Source: Gemmatimonadota bacterium (GTDB lineage Bacteria > Gemmatimonadota > Gemmatimonadetes > Longimicrobiales > Gaopeijiaceae). Taken from it: 64,000 nt of DNA. The stretch covers positions 64,001-128,000 of the forward strand of contig JAXHMG010000003.1 in the NCBI GenBank assembly GCA_034521595.1. The letters are read 5' to 3'. The notes below the pieces were generated by a model, which was not told the origin of the DNA, did not search any database, and saw nothing but the letters and a program-made list of their open reading frames with translations. Below are positions 57,984 through 64,000 of the stretch, piece by piece (positions within the stretch are counted from its first letter, which is position 1; every line of letters begins with the position of its first letter). Both the position numbers and the translations under genes were made by a program.

Positions 57984-59171
57984 ATGAGCGATCCGAAGCC
58001 TCGCACCGTCGCGGTGCGCACGCAGATACCCCGGTCGCCCCAGGCCGAGCACTCGGTTCCCCTCTATCTGACCTCGAGCTTCACGTTCGACTCCGCGGAG
58101 GAGATGCGGGCGACGTTCGCCGACGAGCTCGACCACAACATCTACAGCCGCTTCACCAACCCCAACGTGGCCGAATTGACGGATAAGCTGCGTGCCATGG
58201 AGGGGGCCGAGGCGGGTCACGCGGTAGCCTCGGGGATGGCCGCGGTCTTTGCTACCTTCGGGGCCCTGCTGTCCGCCGGGGATCATATCCTGGCGTGCCG
58301 CTCGGTGTTCGGCTCCACGCACACGGTGCTCACCAAGTGGCTCCCACGCTGGGGGATCACGCATACCTACGTCGACGCCGGCGATCAGGAGGCTTGGGAG
58401 AGGGAGATCACCGACGAGACCCGCATGATCTTCGTGGAGACGCCGACCAATCCGGCCCTCGACATCCTGGACTTGGGTTGGCTGGGGGAGCTCGCGGCCC
58501 GGCACGATATCCTGTTCGTGGTCGACAATTGCTTTGCGACCCCCGTGCTTCAGCGTCCTCTCGATTGGGGCGCGGACCTCTGCGTCCATTCGGCGACGAA
58601 GTTCATCGACGGCCAAGGGCGCGTGCTCGGGGGGGCGGTCGTGGGTCGCCAGGATCTGGTGGACGAGATCTTCGCTTTCTGCCGTTCGACGGGGCCCGCT
58701 TTGTCTCCTTTCAACGCGTGGGTTCTCTCCAAGAGCCTGGAGACGCTCGCGGTCCGCATGGAGCGTCACTCCGAGAACGCGCTGGCGCTGGCGGAGGCAC
58801 TGGACGGGGCGCCCGGCGTCACGGAAGTGCGTTACCCTTATTTGCCTTCCCATCCTCAGCACGACCTGGCCCGTCGCCAGATGTCCGCGGGGGGCGGGAT
58901 CCTCACCTTCACCGTGGAGGGCGGGCTCGAGCAGGGGCGCCGGTTTCTGGATGCGGTCCGCATGTGCTCGCTGACGGCGAACCTGGGTGACACCCGGACC
59001 ATCGCGACGCATCCCGCCTCCACCACGCACGCCAAGCTCACCGAGGAGGAGCGTCGGGCCGTAGGCATCACGCCCGGATTGATACGCATCTCGGTGGGGC
59101 TGGAGGATATCGACGACATCGTCGCCGACGTTCGCCAGGCCCTGGAGGCGTCACGGTCCGCGCTTCGTTAG
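57984..59171 (+). CDS. metZ: O-succinylhomoserine sulfhydrylase (trans-sulfuration family)
   Basis: LYLTSSF, YSRFTNP, ASGMAA, VDNCF, HSATKFIDGQGRVLGG, TANLGDTRT, adjacent to metA. Confidence 0.9.
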   Translation: MSDPKPRTVAVRTQIPRSPQAEHSVPLYLTSSFTFDSAEEMRATFADELDHNIYSRFTNPNVAELTDKLRAMEGAEAGHAVASGMAAVFATFGALLSAGDHILACRSVFGSTHTVLTKWLPRWGITHTYVDAGDQEAWEREITDETRMIFVETPTNPALDILDLGWLGELAARHDILFVVDNCFATPVLQRPLDWGADLCVHSATKFIDGQGRVLGGAVVGRQDLVDEIFAFCRSTGPALSPFNAWVLSKSLETLAVRMERHSENALALAEALDGAPGVTEVRYPYLPSHPQHDLARRQMSAGGGILTFTVEGGLEQGRRFLDAVRMCSLTANLGDTRTIATHPASTTHAKLTEEERRAVGITPGLIRISVGLEDIDDIVADVRQALEASRSALR

Positions 59172-59181
59172 AGTCTCGCTG

Positions 59182-60264
59182 ATGCCTCTCGTCGCCCACT
59201 CCGGCCTTCCGACCTTCTCCGCCCTGAAAGCTCAGGGCCACGAGCTCCTCACCGTCGAACGGGCCCGGCATCAGGATATCCGTGAGCTGCACATCGGGTT
59301 CCTGAACATGATGCCCGACGCTGCGCTGCGAGCCACGGAGCGTCAGTTCATCCGGCTGGTGGGGGCGTGTAACCGGATCGCGCAGTTCTACGTGTACCCG
59401 TTCACCGTGCCGGGCGTCCCAAGGGGCCCTCAAATCTCGGATTACATAGACGAGCACTACAGTCGCTTCGAGGATCTTCGAGAGGATGGCCTCGATGCTC
59501 TGATCATCACCGGAGCGAACGTCGCGAACCCGGAAGTGGCCGAGGAGCCGTTCTGGGACCCCTTGGTCGAAGTCGTGGATTGGGCGCGGGAGCACGTGAC
59601 CTCCGTCTTCTGCTCCTGTCTGGCCACGCATGCATTGGTCCAGCACCTCTACGAGATCGAGCGCCAACCGCTGCCGAAGAAGAAGTGGGGCGTCTATAGC
59701 CATCGGGTGCACACCAGAGACCATCCGATCATGCGTGAGATCAACACCCGCTTCGACGTTCCCCACTCCCGCCATAACGATGTCTCGCGAGAGCAATTCG
59801 AATCCGCGGGTCTCGTCGTGCTCGTGGAGAGCGAGGAAGCGGGCGTCCACATGGCCACGAGCCCGGATCAGTTCCGATTCCTCTATCTCCAAGGGCATCC
59901 CGAGTACGACGTGCACAGCCTGCTGAAGGAGTACAAGCGCGAGGCGCATCGCTTCCTGGCCGGTGAGATTCCGCTTCCCCCGCCATTTCCCGAACACTAC
60001 TTCACGACCGAGGCAGCGGACCTCGCCACGGCGTATCTGGAAGCTGCCCTGCACGCTCGCGATGCGGGTGATCCCTTCCCCGAGACTCTGGAGCGCGACA
60101 TCCTGCCGCTGCTCGACAACACCTGGGGGGATACCGCCAAGGCGATCGTGAACAACTGGCTGGGGCTCGTCTATCAGCTCACGGACATGGATCGCCGGAA
60201 GCTGTTCATGCCCGGAGTGGATCCGGACGACCCCCTCGGGATCTTGGCCCGGAACAGCGTGTAG
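59182..60264 (+). CDS. metA: Homoserine O-acyltransferase, MetA family
   Basis: QDIRELHIGFLNMMPD, LIITGA, SCLA, K.WGV, PHSR, QGHPEYD. Confidence 0.93.
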   Translation: MPLVAHSGLPTFSALKAQGHELLTVERARHQDIRELHIGFLNMMPDAALRATERQFIRLVGACNRIAQFYVYPFTVPGVPRGPQISDYIDEHYSRFEDLREDGLDALIITGANVANPEVAEEPFWDPLVEVVDWAREHVTSVFCSCLATHALVQHLYEIERQPLPKKKWGVYSHRVHTRDHPIMREINTRFDVPHSRHNDVSREQFESAGLVVLVESEEAGVHMATSPDQFRFLYLQGHPEYDVHSLLKEYKREAHRFLAGEIPLPPPFPEHYFTTEAADLATAYLEAALHARDAGDPFPETLERDILPLLDNTWGDTAKAIVNNWLGLVYQLTDMDRRKLFMPGVDPDDPLGILARNSV

Positions 60265-60559
60265 CGGCCCGGCGGTCCTGGCGGGTGGACACAACTTGTT
60301 GGAACGGCCGTGAGCCACGGCGGTGTGCGACTCTTTTGCCGCTTCTCCGCCCCATTTTCCGGGCTTGTCGCAGATCGCGACGGGCTCGCTCAATTCGCCG
60401 GACTCGGCAAGGGGGTTCGAGGGGCTCTCGGGGAGGCTTTGTCGATAAAAGTTGCCGACGGCCGGGGGCGGCACCTCTGCTATCGTGGGTGAACCCGCTT
60501 GTGCCACGCGCTTGGCGGGGTGCCGGGCATTTTTTGCCGAGCGCCGGTTCCGCCCGTGA

Positions 60560-60574
60560 AGGCATGCTTTCTGC
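60560..60574 (+). promoter_or_regulatory. Candidate sigma54 (-24/-12) promoter
   Basis: AGGCATGCTTTCTGC, GG-N10-GC spacing, inside a 400-bp intergenic region with repeated TTGCCG/CGGCAA words upstream. Confidence 0.5.
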
Positions 60575-60669
60575 GATTTGGAAGGCCACGAACGAACGGC
60601 GGCCCACGCCTGGAGCAGAATCTCGGCACGGGGCCGCGACACGGAGTGCAAGCACCCAGGAGGTGGATC

Positions 60670-61056
60670 GTGGCTTTTCGTACGATGCTCGTGGCGGCGC
60701 TCGTCCTGGCGCCGATGGTGACGATGCCGGCCGACGTGTCGGCGCAGGATCGGGGCGCGGAGCGGTCGGAGGCGGCCGCGGCGCGTGGTGCGGCCGACCA
60801 GCAAGCGGAACAGCGTCCCGACGGGGCTCCTGCCGGACTTCAGAAGGCGTTCGAGGGCCGGACGCCTCCGGCAGCTCTCGAACGGCAGTTCCCGGGAATC
60901 TTCTCCGAGCCGGAGCCCGAACCTGCGGCCGAACCGACGTCGGAGCCGGAGCCTGCCCCGGAGGACGACTGCGAGACGAGCCTCGAGCTCGTCGGCGGTG
61001 AATACGTCCTCGTGGACTGTGAGGGGAACGTCGCCGACCCGTCCGAGATGGATTAG
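60670..61056 (+). CDS. Small secreted hypothetical protein
   Basis: CAGGAGG RBS then GTG, signal peptide, EP-repeat linker, two-Cys C-terminal segment. Confidence 0.75.
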   Translation: MAFRTMLVAALVLAPMVTMPADVSAQDRGAERSEAAAARGAADQQAEQRPDGAPAGLQKAFEGRTPPAALERQFPGIFSEPEPEPAAEPTSEPEPAPEDDCETSLELVGGEYVLVDCEGNVADPSEMD

Positions 61057-61071
61057 ATCGCACCGACCGCT

Positions 61072-61971
61072 TCAGGGAGCTCCGCGTGCGTGCGTCCGGC
61101 GGGGCAGTGCCGGTACGAGCGTGGTGCCGGTGCGCCAGCCCCGGACCTGGAACTCCCGTGAGCTCTGTGCGGTCTCTCCGGTGTCTTCGTCGGTGACGGT
61201 CACCGTTAGACGGTACGCTCCCTGCGGAAGCGCCGATTCGACCCGCCGCAGCTCTCCCAACGCTCCATCGCCACCGGGCGCCGAACGGCCGGTGAAGACG
61301 GTCCGGACCGCCGGTGCCCCCTCCGCATCCTCGGGTCCGCCCGTCAGCACGCGAATCGAGATCTCGGTCGCGTAGGCGTGGTCACCCGGAAGGTTGTAGA
61401 TCTCGTAGTAGACGTCGAAGGCACTCTCCGGGAAGAGGCGAGTGGGCAGGAGGGCCAGCGCGGCGCTTCCTCGCTCCCATCCCTGGTCCACGTCCGGGAG
61501 ACCGAGCGCGATGTCGCTCAACAGGAGCTCATCGCCGCCGTAGTCGGGAATCGAGAACGGGGACTGATAGAGCTGCCCGACTCCCGGGGTGCTCGCGTCG
61601 GTCATGATCACGCGTTGCTGCGTGTCTCGGGAAGGAGGAGCGTCCAGCTCGACGTAGGTGTGGAGGAGGTGATCGCCGTCCAGCGAGCTCGGCGTGCCCA
61701 CGAACACGGAATCGTCGGTCCGGACGACGGTTTGTAGCGCGGTGTCCGTCACGATGAAGCTCACATCGAACCGGTAGCGGCTCAGCCCGTCTTCCTCGTC
61801 TCGGTGAAGCTCTCCAGCGGAGACGGCGAAAGCGGCCACCACCCGGGTTCGTCCCTCTTCACCGCGGAACGTGTAAAGGTCGTATTCGAACGGGAGAGGG
61901 CCGCGCTCCTCGGGAACCATGGCGACCGACGCGGCCACGAGCGCACCTGCCACCGAGAGCGTCAGCCGCAT
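61072..61971 (-). CDS. Hypothetical exported beta-sandwich protein, possibly related to the C-terminal part of GWxTD proteins
   Basis: Signal-like start, LLLSDI, VYYEIYNL, GAYRLTVTVTD..TG. The family resemblance is from memory. Confidence 0.68.
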   Translation of the reverse strand: MRLTLSVAGALVAASVAMVPEERGPLPFEYDLYTFRGEEGRTRVVAAFAVSAGELHRDEEDGLSRYRFDVSFIVTDTALQTVVRTDDSVFVGTPSSLDGDHLLHTYVELDAPPSRDTQQRVIMTDASTPGVGQLYQSPFSIPDYGGDELLLSDIALGLPDVDQGWERGSAALALLPTRLFPESAFDVYYEIYNLPGDHAYATEISIRVLTGGPEDAEGAPAVRTVFTGRSAPGGDGALGELRRVESALPQGAYRLTVTVTDEDTGETAQSSREFQVRGWRTGTTLVPALPRRTHARGAP

Positions 61972-61984
61972 GGTCGTCTGCCCG

Positions 61985-62224
61985 TCAGTTGATGGTGTCG
62001 TGGGCCTGGGCGCGGGCGTTCGCGGCGTCCCGCGCACGGAGCGCCGCGCCGACCCCGCCCGCGCCGGGCACGGGGAGCTCGGCCGCGATGCTGTCCTTCT
62101 GGGCACGGGTGAGCGTGTCCGTGGCGCTCGCGGTTCCTTCCGGATCCTGCCCGCCACAGGCCTGCAACCCGAGCGTCAGGAACCCGCCGAGCACGGCCAC
62201 CCGGACCCACGCCCATCCCGTCAT
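61985..62224 (-). CDS. Small lipoprotein (79 aa)
   Basis: ATGA overlap with the upstream gene, lipobox LQAC. Confidence 0.72.
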   Translation of the reverse strand: MTGWAWVRVAVLGGFLTLGLQACGGQDPEGTASATDTLTRAQKDSIAAELPVPGAGGVGAALRARDAANARAQAHDTIN

Positions 62225-63051
62225 CTTCCCGCCTGTCGTTCCTTCCAGGCGTCGTAGCGCATGCGGAGCGTGCGCACGGGGTTCGCATCCTCGTGGGGCT
62301 CCGTGTTGTCCGGCCAGACGGCGAGGTAGAGGTGGTAGTCGCCGTTGTTGTACGGCGCCCGGAGGTCTTCCGGATGATTCACGTGGAAGCGCCCCATGGG
62401 ATCCTCGGGGTCCGCGGCGAGGATGTAAGCGACATGGGAGGTCTTCCCGGTGCACTGGGCGCCCGGGAGAGGCTCGCTCTCGCAGGTGCAGCGGGAATCA
62501 CCGCCGAGCGCGTCGGCTTCCTCCATCGCGGCCATGACCCGGTCCACCATGTCGAGGTCGCTTTCCTGCATGACGCGTGCGGCCTCGGTCAACGCCTCGT
62601 TGCTCGCAATGATGTTGCCCTGCACGGACCACAGAACGCCGCCCTCCGTCTCCCCCGACATGTTGAGCGCCACGTCCCGATTGTTGGAGCCCGTCCGGCC
62701 TGCGCTCCGTCCGAGCGCGTCCACGATGCCGAACTGCCGGCTTTCGATCGACGGGTCGGACTCGAGCATGCGTATGATCTGCTCGGGATGCGTGCGTTTT
62801 TGCATCTCTTCGAAAATGAGGCGGTGGTTGGCCTGCGTGCGGTCCACACCGGCCTGGGCGGCCGCCACGCCGATTCCGGGAATCACGATGGCCTGGAGCT
62901 GCATGAGCTGGTCGGGGCCCTGAGCAGCGCACGTGGCCGAAGAGATGACCACTCGCCCAGTCTCGAGATCCATTGCGATGATGGACCAGGTCGCGGAGGC
63001 GGACGAGGGGAGGACGAGCGCGAAGACGCAGGCCAGGAGGAGCTTCTTCAT
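62221..63051 (-). CDS. DUF1028-family Ntn-hydrolase-like secreted protein
   Basis: Signal peptide ending ASA/TWSIIA.D, RQFGIVD..GR...TG, VQGNI, GGDSRC. Confidence 0.87.
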   Translation of the reverse strand: MKKLLLACVFALVLPSSASATWSIIAMDLETGRVVISSATCAAQGPDQLMQLQAIVIPGIGVAAAQAGVDRTQANHRLIFEEMQKRTHPEQIIRMLESDPSIESRQFGIVDALGRSAGRTGSNNRDVALNMSGETEGGVLWSVQGNIIASNEALTEAARVMQESDLDMVDRVMAAMEEADALGGDSRCTCESEPLPGAQCTGKTSHVAYILAADPEDPMGRFHVNHPEDLRAPYNNGDYHLYLAVWPDNTEPHEDANPVRTLRMRYDAWKERQAGR

Positions 63052-63144
63052 GTGGCGTATCCGGGGAGTGGGAGGAGGATCTACGACCAGGGTGCTCGTC
63101 GCGCGCGGGCGTGTCAATCAGAACCGTTCCGGGGATGAGAGCGT

Positions 63145-63630
63145 TCACGAGGGTGAGCCTCGGTTCCGGAGAAGTCGCGTCAGGGTCCGATCGAAGGCCG
63201 CCGCGAAGGCCTGCTTCTCCTTTTGGCCGTATGCGTTCGGGCCCCCGGTCTCGACCCCCGTCGCCCGGAGCCCGTCCATGAAGTCCCGGATGGAGAGCCG
63301 TTCGCCGATGTTGCTGGCCGTGTACTCTTCGCCCCGCGGATCGAGGGTCACGACACCCTTTTCGACGAGTCGAGCTGCCAGCGGGATGTCGGCCGTGATC
63401 GCCAGGTCGCCCGGAGCCGCCGCCTCGGCGATGTGGTCGTCCGCAGCGTCGGGGCCTCCCGCTACACGCTCCGCCGTGACGAACGGATTGTTGGCCGGGG
63501 TCTGGAGCCGCTGGTTCGCCACGAGCACGGCCGGAATCTCGAGGCGCAGCGAGGCCCGGGCGACGATGTCCTTCACATCGCCAGGTGCGGCGTCGGCGTC
63601 CACCCAGATGCGCAGGCCCGGTTCGTTCAT
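63145..63630 (-). CDS. YaiI/YqxD (UPF0178) family protein
   Basis: IWVDADAAP, DAADDHI, GDLAITADIPLA, PRGEEY, ERL..RDFM..LR. Confidence 0.93.
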   Translation of the reverse strand: MNEPGLRIWVDADAAPGDVKDIVARASLRLEIPAVLVANQRLQTPANNPFVTAERVAGGPDAADDHIAEAAAPGDLAITADIPLAARLVEKGVVTLDPRGEEYTASNIGERLSIRDFMDGLRATGVETGGPNAYGQKEKQAFAAAFDRTLTRLLRNRGSPS

Positions 63631-63844
63631 CGTCGTGGGGTTCCTTTGCAAACAAACAACGTAACGTGTTGGATTTCGGAGCATACGCTCACGCTCGTGT
63701 CCGATTTTCGCTACCTTTCAATGCTGCAGGATCTTCACATCGAGCCCCCGGTTCCGGGGCCTCCCCTGCACCCGACCCTGCGCCAGCTACCTGAGCCGGA
63801 TGTTCCGGCCGGCCCGCCGAGCGCTCACCGACCGGAATGTTCAT

Positions 63845-64000
63845 TTGGCTTTCTCCACACTCGAGTTGCACCCGGCCCTCATGCGAGGTGTCGACGACCT
63901 GGGCTTCACCAGCCCGACCCCCATCCAATCGGAAGCGATTCCGCATGCCATGAAGGGGCGGGACCTACTCGCCTGCGCGGCGACCGGGAGCGGCAAGACC
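63845..64000 (+). CDS. DEAD-box RNA helicase, 5' part (runs off the window edge)
   Basis: TTG start: [33 protein letters not shown]...[16 protein letters not shown] motif plus Walker A. Confidence 0.93.
   Translation, partial: MAFSTLELHPALMRGVDDLGFTSPTPIQSEAIPHAMKGRDLLACAATGSGKT

Noticed and set aside
63145-63630. DADAAP instead of the usual DADACP in the YaiI-family protein
   Set aside because: A single substitution with the acidic residues intact, too weak to claim a functional change.

Overview
High-GC (roughly 68-70% by eye, not computed), gene-dense bacterial chromosome segment. Protein content suggests Gemmatimonadota (inference only). About 68 CDS: housekeeping genes (accA partial, dnaE, PBP1A-type, prlC, cysK, metZ-metA, kynA-kynU, msrA, Glu/Leu/Phe/Val dehydrogenase, csaA, DEAD-box helicase partial), many exported hydrolases and lipoproteins, a redox/stress cluster at about 33-42 kb, and one stand-alone tRNA-Ile(GAT). 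I saw no rRNA, CRISPR array, integrase or transposase. Signals the ORF track does not explain: (1) three copies of a non-coding element with 30-33 bp perfect terminal inverted repeats and covarying internal stems, where all length differences come from 22-28 nt GGGCACC-[hairpin]-GGTC units that each replace 3-4 nt at a different site; (2) an ArsC-like selenoprotein (UxxC, in-frame TGA plus SECIS-like hairpin) at 33392-33742; (3) an Rrf2/NsrR-like regulator, group III truncated globin and CxxCH protein operon with a perfect operator-like palindrome; (4) a 60-aa Asp/Glu/Trp miniprotein; (5) several apparently dead enzymes or gene remnants. All family calls come from motif recognition, not database searches.
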